This document shows, piece by piece, positions 27,684-37,451 of a stretch of 62,698 nucleotides of DNA (within the stretch, counting starts at the first letter, position 1; each line of letters begins with the position of its first letter). Source of the DNA: an uncultured Candidatus Micrarchaeota archaeon (GTDB lineage: Archaea > Micrarchaeota > Micrarchaeia > Micrarchaeales > Micrarchaeaceae); contig CAVUGN010000006.1 in the NCBI GenBank assembly GCA_963741095.1, positions 1 through 62,698 on the forward strand. The letters run 5' to 3'. The notes below the pieces were generated by a model. It was not told where the DNA came from and ran no database searches. It worked only from the letters and a program-made list of their open reading frames with translations. The position numbers and the translations under genes are program-made.

Positions 27684-28373
27684 TTATGCGTTGCTTTCCG
27701 GTTTGGGCGCCTGTTTTCCAGCCTTCTCTTTCATGTGCGCTGTGATCAGGGGCTCCAGGCGCTGCGCCTGCTCCATGAGCCGTGATGCTTCCATCTCGGC
27801 AGGAGTGCCGCCCACCACAACCTTTTGCTCAATCTCCTTGCTTTGTGTCTTGTTGGCCGAGCGCAACGGCACTGCAACATCGTAATTCTTCTCTATCTCC
27901 TTCAGTATGGCCGCCATGCCCTCTATACTGATACCCGACGGGTAGGCCACAGTGACGCTCACTGTCGGATAAGAATCATTAGACAGGCACGAGCACTTGA
28001 CCTCTGATGGGCCCACCGTATTGCTGTCGATCTTCGATTGGATTGCGTCCTCAATCTCTCTTAAGCCAGACCTCGATGTGGTTATCATCACGATGCCGGT
28101 CACGCGGTGCTCCATGCTTCCCGTGCTCCAGTTGTATTCCTCTATGATGTGTTTCATGGGCAGGATGCCCCTGCTCTCCATCAATATGTCGTCCTTGCGC
28201 CCATCAAGCTTGTAGTAGTCCCGGTTGGAAGAGTGCCAGTCTGCCGCGACTTCGAGATACCTCTCGCCCGCGAACAACTTCTTGTCAGTCACCATAATGC
28301 CCGCATTTATGAGCATCGCCGCGTTCTGCATATTTGCGCTGTGCGCTATCGTATTCTTTTCCATCTCATTCAC
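27684..28373 (-). CDS. Orphan protein
   Basis: 229-aa ORF in a co-oriented run. Confidence 0.7.
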   Translation of the reverse strand: MNEMEKNTIAHSANMQNAAMLINAGIMVTDKKLFAGERYLEVAADWHSSNRDYYKLDGRKDDILMESRGILPMKHIIEEYNWSTGSMEHRVTGIVMITTSRSGLREIEDAIQSKIDSNTVGPSEVKCSCLSNDSYPTVSVTVAYPSGISIEGMAAILKEIEKNYDVAVPLRSANKTQSKEIEQKVVVGGTPAEMEASRLMEQAQRLEPLITAHMKEKAGKQAPKPESNA

Positions 28374-28945
28374 TTTTCTTTGATTATCATGTCATGCCTC
28401 CAATCCTGGTTGCCGCCTCCGGGGCCGACGATGAAGTTCGTCCTTTTCGCAACGCCCTGATTCGGGGGCTTTGACGGTTCGACTACGCCCGTCGGCGCCT
28501 GATCCTTGCGCAGGATGCCCGTCGCCTTTATCCTGTAGGCCTGTTCGCCGGCTCTCCTTTCATCGTGCGTCGCCTCGTAGAGCGCGATCAGCCTGCCCAC
28601 GTACTTTGACTTGATCACGTACCCGGGCTCGATCTCATTGATATCGCCTCTCAGTATGCCCCTCTCCCTGAAAAACGCGATGGTGCCCACGGGATCGGCA
28701 AGCTTCACCGGCGGCACGTGGTACAAGTACTTCTTGACCTCCTGGGAGGGTATCTCAGGAACAGACGAATCGGGCTTGTTTTCCGGACCGTATTCCAGCT
28801 TGCCCCTGTTTTCGTACAGGCCCCTCTCCAGTATGCCCATCAGTGTCTTCGCCACCTGCGGTTGCATCCGGTAGAACTCGTTCTTGACGTACTCGGTGCC
28901 TGCTATGACCAGGTTGCCGGTCGTCGCGGCGCTCTGTTTTTCCAT
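28370..28945 (-). CDS. Orphan protein (likely start MEKQSAAT)
   Basis: GGTGAT RBS before ATG 28945. Confidence 0.7.
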   Translation of the reverse strand: MEKQSAATTGNLVIAGTEYVKNEFYRMQPQVAKTLMGILERGLYENRGKLEYGPENKPDSSVPEIPSQEVKKYLYHVPPVKLADPVGTIAFFRERGILRGDINEIEPGYVIKSKYVGRLIALYEATHDERRAGEQAYRIKATGILRKDQAPTGVVEPSKPPNQGVAKRTNFIVGPGGGNQDWRHDMIIKEK

Positions 28946-28964
28946 TCGATCACCCTGCAACCAT

Positions 28965-29471
28965 TCATATTGCCGTTGCCCGTATTTCCGGCTGCGACTT
29001 GAAGAATTCCTCCTGCTCGGAGCTCATCTTGCTGATTCGGTCATTCACGAAGCTGACCGTGTACCATTTGCCGCTCAGGTCCATCTCCGGATCCGCGACA
29101 AGTGTCACTCGGTCCGGCTGCAACTTCTTCATCTCCCGGATAACCTCATCGCGGACCGGGGCGCTCGTCTTTCCGATGTAGGCTATGTCGCGGCGCTCCG
29201 GGTACAGTCGCCGCAGCGAGCCCAAGTACAGTTGACTCTTCCATTCGATGAACACGCTGGTTTCATTCGTGATGAAGCGCTTCTTGTCCTCGTTCAGGAT
29301 GATGGTCTTTGCGGCCTCCTCGCAATCCGAGGGGATTGAGCCGATCTGCTTGTCGTTGCGGATCCCGAAATGCAGTTGCACCTGCAGGTTATGATCGTGA
29401 TCCGTGACGAAGGGCACCAGCGCAATCACCTTGGCTATGCTGTTATCATCAAAATTGCTATTCCTTTGCAT
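28965..29471 (-). CDS. Orphan protein (likely start MQRNSN)
   Basis: Extended TATA motif at about 29501-29513. Confidence 0.65.
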   Translation of the reverse strand: MQRNSNFDDNSIAKVIALVPFVTDHDHNLQVQLHFGIRNDKQIGSIPSDCEEAAKTIILNEDKKRFITNETSVFIEWKSQLYLGSLRRLYPERRDIAYIGKTSAPVRDEVIREMKKLQPDRVTLVADPEMDLSGKWYTVSFVNDRISKMSSEQEEFFKSQPEIRATAI

Positions 29472-29518
29472 TCTATGCACCCGCACAATCGTTTTTATCG
29501 AAAATATTTATGCTTTCC

Positions 29519-30163
29519 TCATTTGTACTGCGGCCGCCTCGGATTGTGGAAATCGACGTACTTGAAGCCGCCTGTGACCGGGCTGCCGATATCCGTTTCT
29601 GGCGCGGACCGCTTATCAGACCTCAGCAGCGCTTCCGCAAGTTTTGAAAAGGCATCGTTCGCATCTTCCAGGAGGCGGTCCATGCACCTTATGCTCAGAT
29701 CGCACGTCCCGTCCGGGTTGAAAGGGTAGGCTATGTTCACGTACGCGTATTTGGCATTATCGCGCCCAAGCAGCACCGCGGGGCTGACCTCTATCCTGTT
29801 GTACTCTATCTTGAAGTTCTCCTTGAGGCCGTCGGTGATCGACTTGACCTGCTGAATGTCCACGCCCACGCTCGCCTTGGCCGCGGAGAATCCTATTATG
29901 CCGTGCTGCCCGGCCGGGAACTTGAGTATGGCCTGCATCGGCGTGTTCTCGTCGAACATCGGTATCGCGGTCTTGCTGTTGTTTGCGCGGTAGTAGTTAA
30001 CCTGCCCGGTGTCATCGTTCATCGCCTGCACGTACCTGTGCTTGCCGTTCTGCCCCCTCCCAAGCGGGAACTCGACGAAGTACGCCCCGGTCACGTCCTC
30101 GGCGAGCCCGGCTGTCCTGAGAACGTCTATCGCCCTCATGTGATTAGCGGTTCTTTCGGCCAT
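29519..30163 (-). CDS. Orphan protein
   Basis: Extended TATA motif at 30188-30200. Confidence 0.7.
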   Translation of the reverse strand: MAERTANHMRAIDVLRTAGLAEDVTGAYFVEFPLGRGQNGKHRYVQAMNDDTGQVNYYRANNSKTAIPMFDENTPMQAILKFPAGQHGIIGFSAAKASVGVDIQQVKSITDGLKENFKIEYNRIEVSPAVLLGRDNAKYAYVNIAYPFNPDGTCDLSIRCMDRLLEDANDAFSKLAEALLRSDKRSAPETDIGSPVTGGFKYVDFHNPRRPQYK

Positions 30164-30231
30164 TCGATCGCTTTGACTCAGCTCAAGGAAATACTTATGC
30201 GTTGCTCATGCCAAGAACGGGCGAAGCGGGC

Positions 30232-30774
30232 TCATTCCCGCTGCGACCTCAGGAACGCCGCGATGTCATTCATGTCCTCCGTGCTCAGTTTCGCCCTTTC
30301 GACAGAGCTCTCTGCGCCCCTGTCGAATGCTTCGATCATTTCCTCCGCAGACATGCGGTCCGAGTATATGGTAACGCGCCAGCTGTCCTCGTTCGGCGGC
30401 GCGAGTTTTGCGCAGTTGATCTCGACTATGGTGAAATGTGGGGAATCCCGCAGCATCTCGAGGGCCTTCTTCACCACTGCGTTCTTGTCGTCCTTGCAGG
30501 GCATCACCATGCCCGCTTCGGTGCGCCCGTTCGCGAACGTCCTTTGGGTCACGTAGCGCATCGGCAGATTATCGTCGTTCGACAACGGCATGAGAAGGCT
30601 CAGGCCGCCTCCGGCGCCTTTCCCGACCTCGACCGCATAATAGGTCTTGACGTGGTCGATCTTGTTCTCCACCCTAAGGTAGCTGTTGCCCGCCATCGAT
30701 GTCGAAAGCGAGCAGGAAGTGAAGTTCTCGAACAGTTTGGCGACCTGCTCGTGGTTTATGCTCTTATCCGACAT
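30232..30774 (-). CDS. Orphan protein
   Basis: 180-aa ORF overlapping the upstream gene. Confidence 0.65.
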   Translation of the reverse strand: MSDKSINHEQVAKLFENFTSCSLSTSMAGNSYLRVENKIDHVKTYYAVEVGKGAGGGLSLLMPLSNDDNLPMRYVTQRTFANGRTEAGMVMPCKDDKNAVVKKALEMLRDSPHFTIVEINCAKLAPPNEDSWRVTIYSDRMSAEEMIEAFDRGAESSVERAKLSTEDMNDIAAFLRSQRE

Positions 30775-31225
30775 GCAACCGTCTTATGCTCATGGGATGG
30801 AGCAGGTAGTGCTCGTCGAACGACGCTCCGCCCTTGGCCACGATGCTCGAGGTGAAATTGGATGTTTTCCTGAGCATGCTCGAAGGCGATGCCGGCGCCT
30901 TGCTCCCGGTGAGCGATTCTATGATAAGGTCGGTCATCTCGCTGACGTGCTTCTCCGCGGCCTTGTTCTCTTCCGTGGCTAGCGCCCGCATGTAGACGCG
31001 CACTTCTATGTCCACGAAATTGTCGAAGCAGCTCTGCGCGGATATCCTGCTCTCGAAACCAGGTGTCTCGTAGCCCCGGATGCCCTTCGCTATCGCCTCG
31101 AAGATCGAAGGCATTGAACGGTTATTGACGCTTATCGTCTCGTTGTAGTAGCTCCTCACGCCCTCTACGCCGCTGTCCACGCCGCTTCTCGCCGGCGCGA
31201 TGTCAGTTGTTTTTCCGATTGCCAT
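30764..31225 (-). CDS. Orphan protein, paralogue of the next gene
   Basis: Shared RSG...EG.R.Y.NETISV.NR....IF.AI..G. Confidence 0.72.
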   Translation of the reverse strand: MAIGKTTDIAPARSGVDSGVEGVRSYYNETISVNNRSMPSIFEAIAKGIRGYETPGFESRISAQSCFDNFVDIEVRVYMRALATEENKAAEKHVSEMTDLIIESLTGSKAPASPSSMLRKTSNFTSSIVAKGGASFDEHYLLHPMSIRRLHVG

Positions 31226-31247
31226 TGTCTCACTTGATGAGCATGAT

Positions 31248-31649
31248 TCACATGATCCGGTCCATGTAGGTCGAACATCCGCCGTGCCTCAATCCGACAG
31301 GCGTTGTCGGCTTTTCGGCTGATTCGGAAGCAGTCTTGCCGCCGAGCTGCTCCATGATCCGGTCCGCTATGACGCGCACCTGCGCCAGATCCGCATCGTT
31401 GAACCCCTTGCGTATGGTGTAGATGCGCAGGTCGATCGATGTCTTTCCGTTGGCTTCAGTCCTGACCGTGATCCTCCTGTCGAGCTTCTGGTCCTGGCCC
31501 TTCACCCCTTCGCTTATCGCATCGAATATCTTGGATAGCGGGCGGTTGCTGACCGATATCGTCTCGTTCGAATAGTACCTGATGCCCTCGTAATCGCAGT
31601 GCATGCCGCTCCTTGTCGGCGCCTCGCTTGCGGTTTTTCCGGTCGTCAT
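31248..31649 (-). CDS. Orphan protein (likely start MTTGKTASE)
   Basis: Paralogue of the previous gene; motif at 31677-31690. Confidence 0.72.
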   Translation of the reverse strand: MTTGKTASEAPTRSGMHCDYEGIRYYSNETISVSNRPLSKIFDAISEGVKGQDQKLDRRITVRTEANGKTSIDLRIYTIRKGFNDADLAQVRVIADRIMEQLGGKTASESAEKPTTPVGLRHGGCSTYMDRIM

Positions 31650-31755
31650 ATTCTCATCCATCAGGCTTGTCCAGAGGAAATATTTATGCCTTTTCTTCGG
31701 TTTTTCGGTAGAGCCGGGATTGCAGTTAAAGGCTGGCTCCGGGGTATGGCGCCGG

Positions 31756-32247
31756 TCAGAAGTCGTTGTAGGGCTTGCCCCTGTATATGACCCTGTTCTC
31801 GAAATTGTCGTTGAAGAACTTCCTGCTCTCGTTTATCGACTTTGCGATGTCCATGAGCGCCTTCTCATCCGAGAGGCTGATCAGGTCGGTCTTCCACATT
31901 ATGCACCAGTCGCTCTCGTGCGTGTATTTGACCAGCTTTGGCGGTTCCAAACGGATTATCTTGCTCTGCAGGAATTCGTCGAGCACCATGTTGATGTCCT
32001 CGAAGGTCCACCTGCTGGGCGCGTATATCTCTTCGTACAGGATGATGCCCTTGTTCTTCTTGTCGATGTACCTGTCTATGCCCATGAGGGCTATCTCATC
32101 GAGGACTTTGTGATTCGCCGTAGAATGGCGGTCCAATCTCAACAGTTCGCCGATCGCCGTTATGAGAGGTACGCTGTGCTTCACTGCAACTTCTTGCTGC
32201 TTCGCATTAGAACCGTTTGCCGCAGTTTCAGATTTGCTGGCAGACAT
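31756..32247 (-). CDS. Orphan protein
   Basis: Motif at 32274-32287, GTGAT RBS. Confidence 0.7.
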   Translation of the reverse strand: MSASKSETAANGSNAKQQEVAVKHSVPLITAIGELLRLDRHSTANHKVLDEIALMGIDRYIDKKNKGIILYEEIYAPSRWTFEDINMVLDEFLQSKIIRLEPPKLVKYTHESDWCIMWKTDLISLSDEKALMDIAKSINESRKFFNDNFENRVIYRGKPYNDF

Positions 32248-32327
32248 CTCATCACGATTAGCATGAATTCCATGAGATACTTATGCCTTTCCCATGGTCG
32301 GGGATTGCCGTTTTGAACTGGTCGGAA

Positions 32328-33083
32328 TCACGTGAATTGCGTCGGGTCCACCCAGTCCCTGGTCCCGCTCGCCCAATCTATAAGCCTGTGCAGCGATTTC
32401 GGCAGGAGATACCTGAGCCTCTCCAGCCCGTCTGAGACCCCCTTCTCGGTCTTCGCGTTTGATATCCTCATCTTCGTTATCGCGACTATGGTCCTGGTTA
32501 TGAAATCCCTGTCGAACGATTCTGCGAACTTCTCGCCGAAGTCAGAGAAATCCTTGCGCAGGAACGCGTATGCGACAACGAAGTCGCTGTGCACCTTGTC
32601 GCGCCTGAATGCGCCGTCCTTGTCCATGATGTCGGCCTTTATCTCCTTGAAGTTCCCGCAGTGCCGCATTATGATGAGCTTGCCCTCGTCCAGCCCGGGC
32701 CAGTACATCCGCCTGACCGACGCTATCTCGCCGAGATAGAGGGGCTCCCTTATGCCGGTTGTGTGTCCCACCCCTTCGAAGCCGTTCACTGCGGTGTACG
32801 CCGTAGCGTCCATTATCGCAAGCGTCTGGCTTATCGCGTTGTCCTTCTGCCTCCTGTTCAGCGTCGGGTAAACACTGCCGATCGCGTTGTAGAGGCCCCA
32901 CGTGATGCCCTCCGGCGCGCCTCCCGCGAGGTTCTTTATGAAGTCGTCGCCCTTGAAGTACTGGTTCTCCATGAACCTGAAAGTGGCCGCCAGCTGGCCT
33001 ATGCCTATGTCCGGCTCGCATCTCACCAGCGCACCGAACTTCTCTATCGCATTAGGGGCCAAAGAGGTCTGTCTCATTGCCAT
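32328..33083 (-). CDS. Hypothetical protein
   Basis: 251-aa ORF with host-like codon usage; motif at 33111-33124. Confidence 0.72.
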   Translation of the reverse strand: MAMRQTSLAPNAIEKFGALVRCEPDIGIGQLAATFRFMENQYFKGDDFIKNLAGGAPEGITWGLYNAIGSVYPTLNRRQKDNAISQTLAIMDATAYTAVNGFEGVGHTTGIREPLYLGEIASVRRMYWPGLDEGKLIIMRHCGNFKEIKADIMDKDGAFRRDKVHSDFVVAYAFLRKDFSDFGEKFAESFDRDFITRTIVAITKMRISNAKTEKGVSDGLERLRYLLPKSLHRLIDWASGTRDWVDPTQFT

Positions 33084-33139
33084 CCCATCACGCTACAGCA
33101 TCAACCCGGTGAGATATATACGCCTTTCGGAAGAGCCGA

Positions 33140-33514
33140 CTAAGGGTAGGTCGCACGTCCATCGATGGCGGTCCTCATGAACTGCCTTATCGGGCTTGCC
33201 CCCTTTACGCCTATCGAATCGAAGTACTTTTCCATTTGTTCGTTGTGCAGCACGCGCGCAATGTCCACCGCATTGTCGCCGCGCACATCTCTAGTCTTTG
33301 GGTCTGCGCCTTTGTTCAGCTGGGCCTTCGCCTCTTCGAGATTGTTCTTTTCCACGGCACGGATGAAAGAGAAATCCAGATATGTCCTCTGGTTTTCCGT
33401 GAGCGTCGCGCGCGTCGCGGCCCCGAGAGACAGGTCAACTTTCGTCTCAACCGTGCTTATGGTCATGGTTGTCGCATTGGTTGCCTGGATTCCGGTTTGA
33501 TTGTGTGTTGCCAT
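33140..33514 (-). CDS. Ankyrin-repeat protein with a Thr-rich N-terminus
   Basis: AVEKNNLEEAKAQLNKGADPKTRDVRGDNAVDIA. Confidence 0.75.
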   Translation of the reverse strand: MATHNQTGIQATNATTMTISTVETKVDLSLGAATRATLTENQRTYLDFSFIRAVEKNNLEEAKAQLNKGADPKTRDVRGDNAVDIARVLHNEQMEKYFDSIGVKGASPIRQFMRTAIDGRATYP

Positions 33515-33681
33515 TCTATCACCTGATAAAATACGCGGTGCAGGAGATATTTACGTATTGCTTCGGCATTAGACGTTTGACGTTATGAACTTATTGTGCG
33601 ATCGGTGCGCAGATTCGATGATTAACGGAGACAACCGGCAGGCATAAATATTTCCAAAATCGGAACTTATGCAGTGAGAAC

Positions 33682-34077
33682 ATGCAGCAAACTGCAGTGC
33701 ATTACAACCTCCGCGAAGCCGATGTCGCATCGATAAACAAGATGATAGTGCAGTCTTTGGCGCTGGCAAATTCCCATGGGGGATCGTTCACGATGAACGG
33801 CGGTGCTTTCACTCTTGATAAGGTGGAGATACGCTACAATGGGAAGAACAGGTTGACAGTAAACGAGATTGCAGAACCAAAGCGCCCCATACACTTTATC
33901 CTCAGGCCGAGCACTGCCCCGCACGCAGAATGCGTCTTTGACGCACTGATTGGCGAGGACGGCGTCAGCCTGCTCTGCCTCAAGCGCAGCGGATTGTCCG
34001 CAGAAGGCGGTTGGGAGAGCGTTATCGAAAGGGAGTTCAAGAAGTTTCTCACCACACCTCGGGGCATGCACATCTGA
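33682..34077 (+). CDS. Orphan protein
   Basis: GGCATAAATATTTCC at 33641-33655, about 30 bp upstream. Confidence 0.65.
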   Translation: MQQTAVHYNLREADVASINKMIVQSLALANSHGGSFTMNGGAFTLDKVEIRYNGKNRLTVNEIAEPKRPIHFILRPSTAPHAECVFDALIGEDGVSLLCLKRSGLSAEGGWESVIEREFKKFLTTPRGMHI

Positions 34078-34086
34078 TTGCGCGGA

Positions 34087-34779
34087 TCAAACATTTTGAT
34101 CGACTTTTCTGCTTTTCCTTACGTCGTTCAGAAAATAGGCGACGCCCTTCCTTATGCCGATTTCGCCCAGCGCCTTTGTCACTGCGCCTATCGTCCTGCC
34201 GCTCTCGAGCGCATCGTCGACCACCAGGATGGGCTCGCTCCGGTGCTTCCACAGGTTCTGCGCGTCCCATTCCGATATGTGCACCTCTCCAGGTCTGTAA
34301 TAGCGGGGTTCCGAAGACCGCTTTCTTGCGTAGCCGACGAACGCGACGTCGATCAGCATGTCCCTGTTCTTCAGGCAATCGCACACGAACGCGCCCGGTA
34401 TGATGCCGCCGGTCATGATGGGGACCACAAGCCTCCTCTCCGTGCCGATCTTCGAGAGCGTGAGATGCACATCCTCGATCTTGAATTCTAGGCTCTTGGA
34501 CACGCCGGTCGATTCCAACACGATCATCGGGTCGTTCCTGCCGTAGATCTCCAGTATGTTCTTTATGACGCTGTGGTGCTCCCGCCTTTCCGCCACGCCC
34601 TTTTTCGGATCGAAGAGGCCGTACCAGGTCTGCTTCACCAACTCGGGGTACATGTCCGGCGTCATGCTCTCGAACAGTCTGGTGTCCTCTTTCCTGACGA
34701 GCCTTGAGAGCTCTGCCTTTACTTGGAGGTTTACCTGCGCCAGTTTTTCATTCAGAGCAAGAGAATTGACGGTTGCCAA
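34087..34779 (-). CDS. Type I phosphoribosyltransferase-fold protein
   Basis: VVPIMTGG and PRPP-binding ILVVDDALESGRTI. Confidence 0.8.
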   Translation of the reverse strand: MATVNSLALNEKLAQVNLQVKAELSRLVRKEDTRLFESMTPDMYPELVKQTWYGLFDPKKGVAERREHHSVIKNILEIYGRNDPMIVLESTGVSKSLEFKIEDVHLTLSKIGTERRLVVPIMTGGIIPGAFVCDCLKNRDMLIDVAFVGYARKRSSEPRYYRPGEVHISEWDAQNLWKHRSEPILVVDDALESGRTIGAVTKALGEIGIRKGVAYFLNDVRKSRKVDQNV

Positions 34780-34888
34780 AGTAACACAGATACCTTCAGC
34801 TTTTCCCTAATACTTATACTTTTCTGGAGAGGGATCAGCGCTTACTCTGCCACTTTGGCATCATTCTAAATGCTGTTTCGGGTCCGGA

Positions 34889-35647
34889 CTATTTGGGCAT
34901 GCTGCTTATGTTTTTCAGGTCGTCGAGCGCCGCAGTCTCGTTCCTGCTCGCGATGGCCTGCTTGAGGCCAGAGTAGGCCTGCGCTATCCCCGTGGGCAGG
35001 TTCGACGCGGGTATGTGCGTGAACAGCCCTTCTATCGCGTTTATCTCAGTCGTGGCATTGGCCCAGTTCTGCTGGCGCACGTTGTAGTAGATCTGCAGCG
35101 ATATGTCGTAGACGTAAGCGTAGGCGATGCTGATCGACTGGTTCGCGGATATCTGCGGCGTGGCTACGGTCATGCCCATGCCCGCCGTGGAATTTGCCAT
35201 GGTGTTCAGAAGGCTATAAACTCCGGTCTGATTCTTGTTCTGGATGTCCAGCTTTAGGGCCGCGTAGCCCTGCGTTAGCTCAGAAGGCAGCTGCGAGGAG
35301 GATACGTTGGCGAGAATACCGCCTATTGTGTTCATCTCACCCGTGGCTGCGGTCCAGTTCTCGTTGAACACGTTCGTGTAGATCTCCATTGAGAGAAGGT
35401 AAGCGTATTCCTCTGTTGCATTGACTGATTGGTTCGCCCCAACTTGCAGCACTGTGGTTGGCACAGTGGTGGTTATTGAAGTTGACTGAGCTGTGTTTAC
35501 CTGCCCGCCTGATGGCACAGTTGTCGAGCTTGATGTTGCTGCCGATGGATGGTACAGAAAGACGGCGCCCAGTATGATGATCACCAATACCGCTATTCCC
35601 GCAATAGCGATGTTCTTGTTTCCCTTTGAAGCTTGCGAATCGGCCAT
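34889..35647 (-). CDS. N-terminally anchored surface protein with a Ser/Thr linker and two internal helical repeats
   Basis: TM helix, T/S-rich stalk, repeats IY.NV...NW..AT.E.N.I, many N-X-S/T sites. Confidence 0.75.
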   Translation of the reverse strand: MADSQASKGNKNIAIAGIAVLVIIILGAVFLYHPSAATSSSTTVPSGGQVNTAQSTSITTTVPTTVLQVGANQSVNATEEYAYLLSMEIYTNVFNENWTAATGEMNTIGGILANVSSSQLPSELTQGYAALKLDIQNKNQTGVYSLLNTMANSTAGMGMTVATPQISANQSISIAYAYVYDISLQIYYNVRQQNWANATTEINAIEGLFTHIPASNLPTGIAQAYSGLKQAIASRNETAALDDLKNISSMPK

Positions 35648-35835
35648 TCAATCCCAAAGATGTTATTTTTGGATAGGTTATTATGTCTTGCCAGAGGGCA
35701 GCGGATTCCAAGAATGCGGAGTTTATTCGGTTGCCTTCAACACAATCCCCGATGCGCCCAAAACCACACACCGAAACTCGTATATATCTGATACCGGTTC
35801 AATGATGGTAAAGTTCAGGTATGCGGCGAAGTGAA

Positions 35836-36369
35836 ATGGAAACCCACGGCAACAGGGACGGGAAGATGACCGCTCAGAGGGCGGACGCGATAAAAGCGTT
35901 TGTAAGGCAGAGGGAAAGCTCATCGGACGATGCGGTCAGCAAGAGTGTTGTTGGTTTGAAGCGCATCGTCAGCGATGATAAGGCGAAGGTGCTGGGCATG
36001 GAGCTGATAGAGGAGATACGGAAGGATCGGATCGACCTAAAAAGGGTCGAGGAACTGATACTCGGCGGCGCGGACACGAACCTAAAGCACGATGGGGATA
36101 TGACTCCGCTGATGTGGGCTTCATACCTCGGCAGGGATGAGGCCGTCGAGGCATTGACGTCCGGCTGCGCGGACCTGGATTTTAGCAACAAATGGGGCCA
36201 CACCGCGCTGATGTACGCGTCAATTCACGGCGCGGACAAGTCCGTCAAAATACTGCTGGATCATGGCGCCAATCCGAATTGCAAGAACTATGACGGAAAG
36301 AGGGCTATTGATTACGCAAAGAGCGATGTCACAAGGAAATTGCTTGCGGATGCAGTGAGGGGTAAGTGA
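35836..36369 (+). CDS. Ankyrin-repeat protein with the conserved leader
   Basis: TPLMWAS, GHTALMYAS, LLDHGANPN. Confidence 0.9.
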   Translation: METHGNRDGKMTAQRADAIKAFVRQRESSSDDAVSKSVVGLKRIVSDDKAKVLGMELIEEIRKDRIDLKRVEELILGGADTNLKHDGDMTPLMWASYLGRDEAVEALTSGCADLDFSNKWGHTALMYASIHGADKSVKILLDHGANPNCKNYDGKRAIDYAKSDVTRKLLADAVRGK

Positions 36370-36370
36370 G

Positions 36371-36814
36371 ATGGAACGCAGCGCGAACAATGGCGGCAGG
36401 ATGACCGTGCAGCGTGCAGACGCGATAAAGGCGTTCGTAAGGCAGTCGGAGGATATGGCCAACGGGATGACTGCACGGGCAAAAGACGATTCTATGAGGA
36501 TGGAAATGAGCGCGGCAGAGAGAAAATGGTTCGGAATGGCGCTCATCGAGGAAACGATCAAGGGCGATGGGAGCGTCGATAAGATCAGAGAGATTTTGGA
36601 CAAGGGCGCAGACGTCAATGCTGCGGACAGCCTTGGCAGAACGGCGCTTATGTGGGCTGCGCGTCGGAGCCATGCAAATGTCATCGAGACACTGGTGAAC
36701 AGCGGCGCCAGAATAGATATTAGGACCAACGACGGCAGTACGGTTTTTGACTACATAGTCGACGAGGACATAGAGAAGCTGCTCGAGGACCTGACGGAGG
36801 GTAGATCGAGATGA
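36371..36814 (+). CDS. Ankyrin-repeat protein with the conserved leader
   Basis: GADVNAADSLGRTALMWAA. Confidence 0.9.
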   Translation: MERSANNGGRMTVQRADAIKAFVRQSEDMANGMTARAKDDSMRMEMSAAERKWFGMALIEETIKGDGSVDKIREILDKGADVNAADSLGRTALMWAARRSHANVIETLVNSGARIDIRTNDGSTVFDYIVDEDIEKLLEDLTEGRSR

Positions 36815-37450
36815 AAACCGATGCAAACAAGGACGGAAAAATGACCACAGACCGAGTGGAAGCGATAAGGGCCTTTGTCCAGCGGTCCGAAGGCGCGATC
36901 GAAAACGGAATCAGAGGAATGATGGCCATGAAGCCTGCTGCCATCAGCAAGGAAGAGGCGAACAAGTTTGGAATAGAGCTTGCCGTAGAATCACACAAGG
37001 GCAATCCGGACATGGACAGGGTGAACAGGCTGATAAGCCAGGGGGCGGACTTGAACGCGACTGATCCATTCGGGCAGACGGCGCTGATGAACCGCCACGA
37101 TAAGAGACAACAGCGATCTGGTCGCGATGCTGATACGCAGCGGCGCCGATGTGAACGCGGAGGCGCACGAACAGGGCAGGATGACCGCGCTGCTTTTCGC
37201 CTCACAATTGGGCAACTGCGCGATCATAAAGATACTGCTGGACGGCGGGGCGCGCATGGCCGCGGAACGCAATATGGACCGGACGCCGCTGATGCTGGCC
37301 GCAGCGAACGGTAAGGGTGATGCCGTCAGGCTGCTGCTGGACCGCGGCGCAGACCCGGCACAGAAGGACCATTACGGCCTTACCGCGGAGCAGATCGCAT
37401 ACGCTGAAAGCATAAAGAACATGCTCAGGAATGCCGTGGGGGCGAAGTGA
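36811..37450 (+). CDS. Ankyrin-repeat protein with the conserved leader, 1-bp frameshift near 37090
   Basis: Removing one base after GQTALM restores ..ATIRDNSDLVAMLIRSGADVN into ORF 37127..37450. Confidence 0.8.
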
Positions 37451-37451
37451 G

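Noticed and set aside
36811-37450. Programmed frameshift in the ankyrin gene (and at 17585)
   Set aside because: No slippery heptamer is evident, and single-base indels are expected in a Nanopore assembly
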